64,000 nucleotides of DNA, taken from Eremomyces bilateralis CBS 781.70 (Eukaryota). A model generated the notes under the pieces. It saw nothing but the letters and a program-made list of their open reading frames with translations. It ran no database searches and was not told where the DNA came from. Location of the stretch: NCBI GenBank assembly GCA_010015585.1, contig ML975150.1; one strand, 5' to 3'. Of this stretch, positions 37,642-48,647 are shown piece by piece (the first letter of the stretch is position 1; the number at the start of each line of letters is the position of its first letter). The position numbers and the translations under genes were made by a program.

Positions 37642-38607
37642 ATGTCGCGTGATCGAGAGGGGTTTTGGGGCTTCAGTCGTCGCAATGGCGGCAGATTCGA
37701 CGAGCATGGCTGGCTGGAATCAGAAGAGATGGACGATCAGATCATCGACCTCACGGAAGAAGACGGCTTGCCATACTTTGACGATGAGAGCATGGCCGAC
37801 GACTTCGATGAGCCGGAGATAGTCCATCCTTCATTCTCGGAATATGAGCATGCAGACAAGGAGTTTGGTAACTGGCACGCTGATGGATGTCCGCAATCCG
37901 GCTTCCGTGGAGGGGGTTCTACAAGAAGCCACAGATACCGAGAGCGAGAGAACTTCGGGCGATCTTTCGGTTTCCAGTACGAACGACCCGAAGACTGGCC
38001 TGCTCCCCGCGCGCTGAACCCGAGCATCGTTTTCGAGCTCCTCGAACAGGTGCGCGACCTCCGCATGCGACAGAACGACCGTCCCGATCCCATCCCCCGC
38101 CGAACAACGACCATCTCCGTCGAAGAAATGCCCGACGACACGGAGCCGGGGACAAGCCCGCCCGGCCACCGACCGCCGGAGATCGAAGAGAACCACGACC
38201 GCCCGCCATCCTACGACGCCCACGGTCCAAACAAAATCACCACGCTGCCCAACTCGCCGATGCGGAGTGACTCGACCATCCGACCCAGCTGCCCCAGCAA
38301 CCGGTCACTCAGCCCCGCCCCACCTTGCGCCAGCCGACGCGACAGGCATCGATACCCGGACGAACGACACCGCTACCGGTCTCGATCGCCGCACGGACGA
38401 CGGAGGGTGAAGCGGGAGGTGGTCGAGGAGGAGTTGCGGCGGATCAAAGAGGATGTGGTGCAGCTCAGGGTGCAGGCGACGTCGCTAGGGGGGGAGGTGA
38501 GGTGTCTGAGGAAGGAGTTGACGGAGACTGGGAAGGCGGTGGAAGAGACGAGAAGGTTGTTGAGGAAGGGTCAGGGGAGTTCGTGGGGGCCGGGGTGTTT
38601 TAGTTGA
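37642..38607 (+). CDS. Hypothetical protein, 321 aa, low complexity with C-terminal coiled coil
   Basis: Intronless ORF with an acidic N-terminus, Pro/Arg/Ser-rich middle and heptad-like EEELRRIKEDVVQLRVQ...VEETRRLL. No recognised family. Confidence 0.6.
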   Translation: MSRDREGFWGFSRRNGGRFDEHGWLESEEMDDQIIDLTEEDGLPYFDDESMADDFDEPEIVHPSFSEYEHADKEFGNWHADGCPQSGFRGGGSTRSHRYRERENFGRSFGFQYERPEDWPAPRALNPSIVFELLEQVRDLRMRQNDRPDPIPRRTTTISVEEMPDDTEPGTSPPGHRPPEIEENHDRPPSYDAHGPNKITTLPNSPMRSDSTIRPSCPSNRSLSPAPPCASRRDRHRYPDERHRYRSRSPHGRRRVKREVVEEELRRIKEDVVQLRVQATSLGGEVRCLRKELTETGKAVEETRRLLRKGQGSSWGPGCFS

Positions 38608-38808
38608 GGCAGGGAGTCCACTGAACGACTGTGCTGGAAGTCACTGGAAGATCATCTCTCCATTGTCTTGCCGATGGTCTGGGGGATCAGAACTTGAAGA
38701 CTTCGAGAAACTGCTGTCAAGGTGAATGAGCAAATCGTACCCATGCATGCTATTACCATGATCATAGGATACACTAAGTATATCCAAAACTGCCGTTGCA
38801 AACTCCGC

Positions 38809-40544
38809 TCAGTCCTTCCCATTGGCCTTCCCATCCCATCCGTTCCTCACTGTGTCCTCTTTCTGCACCACTGACATCGGCAAATTTCGGCCGATCCCAA
38901 AGAGCACGAATAGAGCCCACTTCCACCGGAAAGGATTGATGACTATGACGAAGCAGAACCAATAGATTAGTTCGCTGTAAGTGAAGAAGTCGAACGCCCC
39001 GCTGTGCATGGTTAGACAAGGTCAACAGATATAGGGGACGCATTGCACTCACCCAGGAGCCTTCTGCTTGATCCATCGGGTCATGTCGATCCAGGTCTTC
39101 ATCAACCACTGTTGTGGCCTCGCCAATGGATCCACCAGGAACATCAACAGGAATCTCGTGTAGATTCCAATGTGGTAATTCCCCACCGTCCCAATGGCGT
39201 TGACGTATGTGCAGTTAATGGCACTAATATCCGGGTGTGGCGGCGGAAACACCTGCAGATACCAGTTCGGGGGATTGTAAGGCTCATCGAAACACTCGTC
39301 AGGCAGGAAATTCAGGCTCGGGCGCTTGAATCCAGTGGCCATGATGCACATGTCCCCCTGGATTTCGCGCGTGGTCCCCGGTCCACCTTTGGGAACCCCT
39401 TGGTCGCGATGCGTGAACAACATCCCATTCGAGGTAAACTTAACGGTATCGCCACGGAACCACTTCGCCTGACCGCTGCGGACCAGCTCCAGCACGTCTG
39501 TGTTTACCATCGGCGTCTCCTCAAACAACCCCTGCGCACTCGGCGGCGGCGCGATGGACGCGAGGTCGCGGTAGAAGAAGCGGCGGAGGAGGAATTCAGG
39601 GATCCAGGAGAAGCCCGTCTCGCTACCGAAGACGTTCAACGCGAGGAGCATGTCGATGAACGGGTTGCGAGGAATGATCCATTTTTCAGACTAGCGTGGA
39701 TGTTAGCGAGATGTGCCACTGAAAAGACTGAGATGTGCGGTTACCCTGGACAGGATATACGCCTGTTCCGCTCCTTCGGCGGCGACGAATTCTAGCGCTT
39801 CTATAGCACTCGCGCCGCCCCCTACGATAAGCACTTTCTTCCCTTTGGCACTCTTGCCGTCCAATTGCGAGGAATGGTGTACCTCTCCTTTGAAGTCCTC
39901 CTGGCCGTCCATATGCGGCATTTTCGGGTCACCACACGTCCCTACAGCTGCAATGACCCCGTCGAACCGGCCATTCGATGGGTCGTTGATGATCCAGCGT
40001 CCCCTCTTATCTTGGTAGACTTTCTCGACCGCCGTATTAAACTGGGTGCGCTCACCGAGGCCGTACTCCTCCCAGAGTCTCCGTACTTGGTCGACGATTT
40101 GCTGTCGGTCCGGATAACCTCCCTTCCATCTCACGGAGGGGTGGAATCGGTACATAAGACTGTGGATCTGGAGGCCGGACGTCTTATTTACTTTCTACGT
40201 ATTATTAGCTTCGATGCACGATTAAAAGCGGTAGGAATGGATCTTACACTCCAGATCCCTCCTATGGAATCTTTATCTCCCTTCTCAAATAACTTGCACT
40301 CGAAGCCATGTCCCACGCAATGGCTCGCAGCCGATACGCCGGTAATGCCAGCGCCGATGATGGCAATCCGAGACTTCCCCAGCTTTTCCCGGCGTGGAGG
40401 AGGTTTGGGAGAAAATATAAAGGCAAGGACGGTTTGTATAAGCTCAAACACGAATTGGATGGGGTGGAAAATGGCGAGCAGGACAATATCCTGCCATGAC
40501 GCTTGCTCTACAGCATCCAGCGGACCTTTGGCGGTTTCGGGCAT
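38809..40544 (-). CDS. Flavin-binding monooxygenase-like protein (4 exons)
   Basis: FAD motif IAIIGAGITG, GGIWS|KVN, FMO motif FKGEVHHSSQL, NADPH motif VLIVGGGASA, and MATGF. Confidence 0.9.
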
Positions 40545-41060
40545 TCTGGCTCCTCTTCACAACAGAAGAAATTTAGATTTTCGGTAAACTTTGAGCGATC
40601 ATTGCATGAAATTAGAGGCAGTCCTCGGATGTTAAATAAAAGCAACGTTGTCCAGAGTTCAACATCGGAATCGTGCAGTGGACCAAGAATTGTTGAGTCC
40701 CAGAGTGACATCATCGGTGTGAGGGATCTTTGGATCGCCAGGGGAAGCATGTGAAAACTCACTGAGAAAGATACCTTCGGCAAGGTGCGTTGAGTCGTTC
40801 GCTTGATGCTCACAAAAGTAGCAAAAAAAGAAGTCAGGTCCAAGACAAATATATCTAATATCGTTTGTATTGTCGAGTATATCCATAATATCTAAGGAAA
40901 TCATTGTATTATCAATCGGTGTTGCAATTTGAATGCGACAGATTGTCCAAAATGCCAAAGGAGTGACTAGAGTAAAACAGCGAGCCAGTGCCCTACTGCC
41001 TGACAAGTCTGATAGGAGAAGCAGACTCTGATCAGACCCATCACTGGCGTTCAGTTCTCT

Positions 41061-42321
41061 TTAGAAGGTTGCTCCATTAAAGACCAGATAATTCGGTGTC
41101 CCAGAGTTCGGCACCGTATTCTTCACCGCACCCTTGGTCGAAAGGCCCTTGATCCGAAAACCCAGAGCACTGGGCGAAGCCTTACCGTAGACGCTCAGCA
41201 GATATGCGCCCAAGCCAGCCACGTGGGGAGTGGCCATCGATGTGCCCGAAAGGGTCCTCCAGCTGTCCGCTCCACCGATGTACGTGGAATTGATCGTATC
41301 TCCCGGCGCAAATGCATCGACCAATTGGCCGTAGTTGGACCACGCCGTCTGGTTGTCGATCGAGTCCGTCGCGCCGACGGTGAACGCTTTCGGCTCCGAA
41401 GCGGGCGAGAACCCATCGGCGTTGAAACCGTCGTTCCCCGCCGCCACCGCGAAGAATATCCCCGCATCCACCGCAGCGGCCACGGCATCGTTAAGCGCCT
41501 GATTCCGGTATCCGCCAAGGCTCATGTTCGCGACATATCCCTTCGGGCAGTTGGTACGATTCTTAGAATCTTCCACGGCGAAATCGATACCGGCAATCAC
41601 GTCCGACCAGTAACCATAGCCCCCGCGATCAAGGACTTTGATCCCGTACAGCTGCGTCTTTTTGGCAACCCCGTAAGCGGCCGAGCCGATGGTGCCGGCC
41701 ACATGCGTGCCGTGGCCGTTGTCATCGGTGGTAGCATCTGGGGCATTGGTAGCGAAATTGGCAAGGAAAGTTGCCCGTCCCTCAAATTCGACGTGCTCAG
41801 CGTACACGCCCGTGTCGACGATGTACGCACAGGTCCCTTCGCCAGCCGATCGATAGTAAGTGTAATCCTCATTACCTAGCTGTCGATGGCTGACACGGCC
41901 TAGGCCCCACGAGGGAGCACCAGATTGAGTGACGAACAAGGCTTGGTTCACCGCTTCATCAGGATCAGCGATCGTCGTGTGAGCGATGCCGTCTTGGACG
42001 ACGTAGGCCACCTGTAGATCTGTTAGCTGTCAATATCGTCAATATCGTCAATATCGTCAATATCAATGCTGAGAAACTCGCCTGCGGGCTGTTTTCCAGC
42101 TCTTGAACTTGAGAATCACTCAATTCAGCAGAGAACCCCTTGAACGAGCCTGCATCGTAGACCTGGCTTCTCTCCACCTCTGGGACCAATGCTGCCTGAG
42201 CGCCGATAAAGTCTTGAGAAAGGACAACAATATACTTCCCCGGGACAAGTTCGTCTCTTCTGTGAAAAGTAGGGGCCGCAAGGGCGAGTGGTAGTAGAGC
42301 AAGGGAGCTAATTCCACGCAT
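41061..42321 (-). CDS. Secreted subtilisin-like (proteinase K family, S8) protease with I9 propeptide; GC-AG intron 42012-42081
   Basis: Signal peptide MRGISSLALLPLALA, I9 motif VPGKYIVVL, and catalytic triad in IVDTG, NGHGTHVAG and SGTSMATPHVAG. Confidence 0.95.
42029..42064. repeat. Perfect 9-nt tandem repeat (GTCAATATC)x4 inside the subtilisin intron
   Basis: Read directly from the sequence. Confidence 0.95.
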
Positions 42322-44894
42322 GATGTCGGACTTTGACAAGATTGGATGAGATGAAGTTCGACTTGAACACGAATGAATGAAAAGTACAATACCAATGCCA
42401 TCTCATCGCCCCTTTTTATACCCCTCTGGCGACGCCGCGAAGGACACGAATGACTGTCTTCGCCGAGGAACTTTTAGATATCTCAGCATCCATTGCACCC
42501 GAGAATCGCGCAATGTTACATTTCGACAGGCATTGAGCAGCTCAAAGGCCAATAGTCACCCATTGTGGACAAAGAAACTCTGCCATCTTAGGAAAGCGTT
42601 GGGGATGTAGTTGTCCCGGACCTCGAGACGTGATGCAGAGCAGCTGCAGACCGTGCCATTGCGTCTCCCCCCTATCGTCAGATGTAGGTCCCATAGCGTC
42701 TTTCGGTGAGGCAATTCATTCCTATGCTGACAGCAGCTGAAGGATTCGACGTGGAATGATCGAGAGAGCTCCTCGGACCGGCGATATGCGGCTAAGTCAA
42801 GCACATTCTCAATAGTTCCAAACACTGAGACAGAGACTGGTTTATGGATAGACCGAGGATGATGCAGGTGAGGATGAAGGATTGACTGAACGCTTGGAAT
42901 GGACGGTTGCAGGGCAACAAACGGGGATCATGAGGCTTACCATGAAAAAACCAGGCCTGTAAACGGGCAGGTGGATACAAATATTGGATGCGAAAAACAG
43001 TTGGGACGAAGTACTGCTCTCGCGATAAGACACTCATCGCGATGCTATGCTCTGTGGTACATTGGGCTCTTCTAGACGCTGCATGGAAGGATGCGATTTG
43101 ACTACCTTCCTCTTTCTGAGATGAGAGCACGAGATGCCTTTGCGATCCTCGACGGTCAGCAAACCGGGAAACCATGGTTTCTGAAATATTCTTCCAAGAT
43201 CCCAGCCGTTCTGAGAACCCATTGAGGATTCCGCCTAGGAGTTGTCCGTCGGACCGGCAATGGTACTCAATACCACATGAGAGCGAGAAACGGCGCCAAG
43301 TTCGATACGAAGCATTTCTAACCTCGTTATAATACATCTTCCGCTCCTAAACGCGATCTGAAACGGGCCATCGGAATATCGACAGTCGATTCAGGAACCA
43401 AGAGATTGAGTACGGCTGGGCTGTGTGGACGTTGACCAGACGTTGGATGATTGCATCACACCGAAGTATTGCCACGCAACCTCGTCGGTCTCTCTCGACG
43501 CCGCATATAATCCTCATCGGGCAAGGTCCATAAACCCGACCCTAGCTCACCCTTGCACATTAATATACGATGCGCATGACCAAGAGTTCAAGGCCTACCC
43601 CATAGGGTCTCTCCAAGCTCTTGCCGTCCACCCTGTCTTTCGATTCTGTACCGCGGCGGAGGGAGGGGTTCTAGACTATATCACTTTCGATTCCAGCTCA
43701 TAAGCGCAGGTGATAGAGTGACGAGAATCGTTCACGCCATGAACAGGCTGGGACCCGCTGCTCGGGATCTGCAACCCGGTCGTTTGCGCACAGGGGACGC
43801 TGGCTATCCATATATTGGATTTCTGAACCCTGAGGGACATTCAGTGAGACCATTACAGACAATCCGGAAGGCGATGATGATGAGATTAGTTTCACGTGAC
43901 GGGAACGCACCCTGATTGAGGCCCATGGAAGGTTCGAGGGTTCGTCGAAGCATGTACCGCGCATCATCGGGCCGCATTCGCGAACGGAGTTTGGATATTT
44001 GTTTGAATGTAACCTCGTGCTCCTAAGTACTTCCGTAAACAGAAAGCAGAGCAAACTAAGGCAGCGTGGGTCGTGGAAGAAAGACGTGGAGATGGAGCAG
44101 AGGATTGCACCAATGCTGACTTTCGTGCCAAACCTCATCACGTGTTCTCCAACATTCAATGAACTCGGACGACCTTCGTGCGTAACAACAAGTCTGGTAG
44201 TATCCAAATGCCCCCAGGGCCGTGGAGGTACTACTGATGGGCGTGGTGCTCGAGTATGGCCAAGTTACACAAATGTCACAATTAAGCTCCTGAATGGCAC
44301 TCACGATTCACTGCTCTCAGCATCTAGATCACTCAACAGACTACGCCATGGAGTTCGACTTTCCTTCATTTGCCATCTATAATCACGGCCCTCATATTTC
44401 ATCAACAGCCATAAACATCAAACACGCGTGTGTTCCCGATCGCGAGCGAGGTAGGTCGTCCTCTCGCCCTCCCATCTCGGACCCATCCGCCCAGATGCCC
44501 CTCCCACCCCTGTGAATCATGCAAAATAGCACCCAGAACTCCGGAAAACCATCCAAACGCTCGAAAGTATCCCCGCGGAGGGGGAGGGAAAAACGCCGTG
44601 TGCTGCGCGCTTGATCCACCGACACCCCAAATGGCGTGATGGAGGAACATCCCGGGTCGTGTTCACCGGCCCAAGCGAATGTACCCTTGATCCTCCTATG
44701 TCCTCGGACCCTAGACGGCAAACAAAAACACGAAAAAGTAAAAGCAACGCCGAGGCGGGAAATTAGAAACGAGGTTTGCAAGAGACGCCGTGATCATACA
44801 CTAGAAATTAGTGGGAGAGACGCTGTCCGCTTTCCGCTTTCGAAAAAAAAGCAGGGGGTATCGTTTCGACATACGTCCGCTTCGAATATCGCGC

Positions 44895-47800
44895 TCAAAG
44901 AAAGTCCCAAATATTGCGCACGATCGGACTCAGGCCCTTCATCACGGGGCTGCGAGGGTCCCGCGGCGGCGTCGTCGTCGCGGACGAAGACGCCGGGGCG
45001 GTGGCGTCGTCCTCCCGCTTCTTTGTCTCTGTGCCGACATCTCCAAACCCGAAATCCTTCGGCGGCTCGATCCCGGGGCTTAGCAATGCGTCAGTGCCAT
45101 GTTCGGTCGTCGACGCAGATTGGCGTTGCTGCGTGGGTGCGGTCGGCGTGGTGTTCGCCTCGCTGGCCGGGCCGTCGAGGGTGGGATTGCTGGTGTCGAT
45201 AACGATGGGGTCTGGGTTCGGGAGATCCGCGTGCTCCGTCGGCGACGCATGGCCGGGGCGTTCGTCGTGCCAGATGTTTTTGGTGCCCCATTCGGCTCGG
45301 GGACTCTGCAGGGCCTCGAGGTCGCGCTCGATGGGCATCGAAGCGGCGGCGGCGATGGTGGTTTGCAGCTTCTGCAGGCGGAAGGAGTCCTTGAGTGATG
45401 GGGAGGAGAACTTGGGTCGGAGACGTGGAGCGGGAGATAGGGAGAGGTGGGTTGGAGGGATTGGCGGAGGGGTAGGATAGCTTGAGGAGATAGAGTTCGG
45501 GGCGGAAGGAAGGTCGATAGAAGGTGTAGATATGGTCGTAGTTAATGCATCCGAGGCCGAAGGCTCGGTAGCTTGGAGTGACGGCGTATGGGGAGCACTT
45601 GGCGGGAAGCCGAAGGTTGCAGTTACCGGAGCAGGGGGTGGGGATTCAGCAGGTAGTGAGCTGCTGATGCCATCGTCTTGTTTATCGCCATTCTCCACAT
45701 GCAACGTCGTCATTCTCCGCCGAGGAGCCATGTGCAGGAATCCATTGCCGATTGGTGCCGGAGGCTGATCAGCAAAGCTGAAGCCTGTCATGCCCACCTC
45801 ACTCCGGGGTGACTTGGCAAACGGCGACCCAAATGATCCGCCGAAGACGTCCTTGGGAAACTCGGTTCGGATGGGGCTTAGGATACCAAAGTTATCCGCC
45901 GTGTTCTGAGAGTCTTGATTAACGTGGTCAAAGCCTGTCATGTGGAATTCCTCAGAGCGTGGGGACGCCAGCGGCTCGGGGAATGTTTCTGGTCGCGAAG
46001 GTAGAATCGGGGCGTCGGTGCCGGTCATTAGAACGTCACTGTCTTTAGGCAGCTCAGGTGCCACTGAAGGATGAAAAGAGGAGCGATCGAAATCCGGCTT
46101 CCGTAGACTTATTTGGCGGGAGAAATTGGGCACCGTCCTCAGCGGGGTTATGGATTGGCGATCTGGCGCCTTTGAGTCCACGAGAGACTGCTCGACTAGT
46201 TTGCGTCCAGGTGGGATAACCGGTAATGTGAGCGTGGCCTCCTTTCTCTGCTCCTTCGCATCGTCATTCGCCATGTGCACGTCGCCCATTGAAGGCACAT
46301 CTGGAACATGCTTAGCCTCAACCACGAAGTTGCTTCCCCGTGCAATCAAGTCATTGAAGCTCCTGCATCGGCCAATCTGGCCCTCCGTCCATGTGCTCCT
46401 CACCCCAGGACTCTGATCGCCCCAAAACGCCTCCGGTCGACCGATGGGACCCGCGCTCAGCGGGACACCCATACTTCCCGTGCTCGCCCGCACGGACTGG
46501 TCGCGATTTAATTCGTTATCATGGTGCGTCCGGATCGGAGGAAGCGGGCATGTCCTGGGCGTGCGCGGCTCGCTGCCGGCCGCTTCGATTTCATACCGGT
46601 CGCTGAATCCGCTCGCGGACGTAATCGTCGACACGGTGCTTGGGAAGCCGAGGCTGGCGGAGAAGCGACCACCGCTGGTCAATGCAGCGCTCAGGGCGCT
46701 GCCTTTGCGGCCGGATGCCAAACCTAATTGGGTGTCGGTTCCGCGGCCCTTGAGTAAGCCAGAGCGGAATTCTTGAAGTTGCATGATCAGGTTCATGTTG
46801 GGGCCGATCCACTTCGATCGCTTTTTGACCGCGTCATAAGCCTCTTGTACAGAAAGGTGTGGATTCTTATAAAGACCATACGCCACAATGAGTGAAGCCG
46901 AACGTGATACCCCGCATTGGCAGTGGATCAGGACTCGTTTTCGGGCCTGCACACGAGCGTCGATCACGCGTACTAGACGGTAAAGGTCAGGAACAATGTC
47001 GGTGTTATGTTCCCATGGGATGTGGATATATTCCAGCTTTTGGGTCGGTTCGGGCTGGGCCGCCTCCGCTTCTGCGAGCGAGATGGATTTCACCTCCCCT
47101 GCCTCGGCTGCAAGTCCGTTTGAAGGAGCGACAGGATCGGATGGAAGGACAGGGCCCTTGGGAGTGTCGGGGGACGAGCTTTGGGTGGAGTCGTCGCATA
47201 TCGACATGGAGGAACTCCGTGAATCGTTGGTCGTCGAAAGTATCGTGGATGAAGAGGAGTCGGACGATGTCTCTGTCCATTGATTTGAGGGTTTTGGAGG
47301 AGATGCTTCTAGAGAGACATCGAATGGGTTTTTAACTTCACTCGCAACATTGAGCACAACGTCGTATTGGCCCGCAACCTCGGCCGTAGGCTCCAGGAAA
47401 AGGTCGACGCCTGATTCATAGATGCAGATCGGTCCGTTCGGGTAGCTTTCGGGTTTTTCCTCGCGCGATTGCGGGACGTCGAAGTTCGGCTCGTCCTCTT
47501 CATCCTCTTGCAGGATCTCGGCGAAGCCACGCGGTGCGGACCACTCGCGTTTGAGGGGCGGGAAGTTCGGGGCCCCGGGAGGGGCAGAGCCGGGGATGTA
47601 CAAGGGAAGAGATGGCGAGGACTGAAAGTGTCGAAGGGTATTGGGACGTTTGAGCAACGGGGTTGGCGGAGGAATGGCGAGTCGAGGTGGGGGGTTAGAG
47701 CTGTTTGCTGAGGTGACGATTGTCAGACCCAGGCTGCTATTTTTCCTTTTTGGAGGGGAAGGTGGTTTGAAGAATGCGGGAGATGTGGGGGCGGAAGACA

Positions 47801-48647
47801 GTTGCGAAGTCGCCGCTGGAAGGGGGAACTGCGCCGTGGATATGGCTCGACCAAGTGATATACCACCGGTGGTATTCACGGCCAGATTTTTCAGATTCCT
47901 CGGCTTCTTTGCTGGCGTGCTGGGTCGCTGGAGTTCGAAGAAATGCATTGGAGTGGCCCGCGGTTTGGGGGGAGGCGGTGGCATGTCCGTCTTCAACGGT
48001 TCCGGTTCGCGGAATCGAGCTGGGTCCATGCTGTATGAGGCAGGCGAGACATTCGAAGTCGCGGGCGATTCGGTGGCAGCAGGGGATGCCTCGGCCATCG
48101 AGCTGTCCATGGTAGATATGGTTGTAGTCGGCGACGACTCGGATGACTCTGAATTCGAGGTTGAAGTGCTTCCACGTGGTTGGTGAAAGATCCCAAACGA
48201 AGGGTCCTTGGTCGTGGGACTCCTGGGGTTGCTCTCGCTCGTGCCAGGCCGTCTTATCTCGCTCTGCCCGCCTGCAGAAGGTCCAAACGACGCGTTTCGC
48301 GCTTGATAGTCCACCGATATGGATCCATTGTTCCCGTCAAACACGGACATGAGAGACGGGATATGAGCGGTGGCAGGTCGGGAAGCGCCTGGGACAGTCA
48401 TGCCTGGCTTCAACAGCGTGCCAGGACGGGCAGCTTTGTCCAGGCTTCCCGCTCGCCGTTCTCGCGGTCGACCGTTCGGGTGTATCGGTCGCAGAGGAGA
48501 TGGCGGGGTGATTCGAATGGTCGAGCCGGAGGGGAAGCAGGATTCCAGCTTCTTTGGAGAGGTGGAGAGGAATGAGTTGTCGTCGGGTTCGAATGACCTT
48601 TTGCGAGTAGGGCTGTCAGCTTCTTGAATGGTAACTGTGGTCGACAT
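44895..48647 (-). CDS. Dual-specificity (MAPK) protein phosphatase, Pmp1/Msg5-like, ~1250 aa
   Basis: YPNGPICIY, YDVVLNVASEV, EYIHIPWEHN, catalytic VLIHCQCGVSRSASL and WIGPNMNLIMQLQEF in one long ORF. First in-frame ATG at 48647; start not verified. Confidence 0.9.
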   Translation of the reverse strand: MSTTVTIQEADSPTRKRSFEPDDNSFLSTSPKKLESCFPSGSTIRITPPSPLRPIHPNGRPRERRAGSLDKAARPGTLLKPGMTVPGASRPATAHIPSLMSVFDGNNGSISVDYQARNASFGPSAGGQSEIRRPGTSESNPRSPTTKDPSFGIFHQPRGSTSTSNSESSESSPTTTISTMDSSMAEASPAATESPATSNVSPASYSMDPARFREPEPLKTDMPPPPPKPRATPMHFFELQRPSTPAKKPRNLKNLAVNTTGGISLGRAISTAQFPLPAATSQLSSAPTSPAFFKPPSPPKRKNSSLGLTIVTSANSSNPPPRLAIPPPTPLLKRPNTLRHFQSSPSLPLYIPGSAPPGAPNFPPLKREWSAPRGFAEILQEDEEDEPNFDVPQSREEKPESYPNGPICIYESGVDLFLEPTAEVAGQYDVVLNVASEVKNPFDVSLEASPPKPSNQWTETSSDSSSSTILSTTNDSRSSSMSICDDSTQSSSPDTPKGPVLPSDPVAPSNGLAAEAGEVKSISLAEAEAAQPEPTQKLEYIHIPWEHNTDIVPDLYRLVRVIDARVQARKRVLIHCQCGVSRSASLIVAYGLYKNPHLSVQEAYDAVKKRSKWIGPNMNLIMQLQEFRSGLLKGRGTDTQLGLASGRKGSALSAALTSGGRFSASLGFPSTVSTITSASGFSDRYEIEAAGSEPRTPRTCPLPPIRTHHDNELNRDQSVRASTGSMGVPLSAGPIGRPEAFWGDQSPGVRSTWTEGQIGRCRSFNDLIARGSNFVVEAKHVPDVPSMGDVHMANDDAKEQRKEATLTLPVIPPGRKLVEQSLVDSKAPDRQSITPLRTVPNFSRQISLRKPDFDRSSFHPSVAPELPKDSDVLMTGTDAPILPSRPETFPEPLASPRSEEFHMTGFDHVNQDSQNTADNFGILSPIRTEFPKDVFGGSFGSPFAKSPRSEVGMTGFSFADQPPAPIGNGFLHMAPRRRMTTLHVENGDKQDDGISSSLPAESPPPAPVTATFGFPPSAPHTPSLQATEPSASDALTTTISTPSIDLPSAPNSISSSYPTPPPIPPTHLSLSPAPRLRPKFSSPSLKDSFRLQKLQTTIAAAASMPIERDLEALQSPRAEWGTKNIWHDERPGHASPTEHADLPNPDPIVIDTSNPTLDGPASEANTTPTAPTQQRQSASTTEHGTDALLSPGIEPPKDFGFGDVGTETKKREDDATAPASSSATTTPPRDPRSPVMKGLSPIVRNIWDFL

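Noticed and set aside
38809..42321. FMO plus subtilisin as a secondary-metabolite or RiPP cluster
   Set aside because: No backbone synthase, repeat-core precursor peptide, DUF3328 gene or cluster regulator nearby.
42400..44500. Fragmentary ORFs between the subtilisin and phosphatase genes that look like a decayed gene
   Set aside because: No family motif could be reconstructed across the stops; needs tBLASTx.
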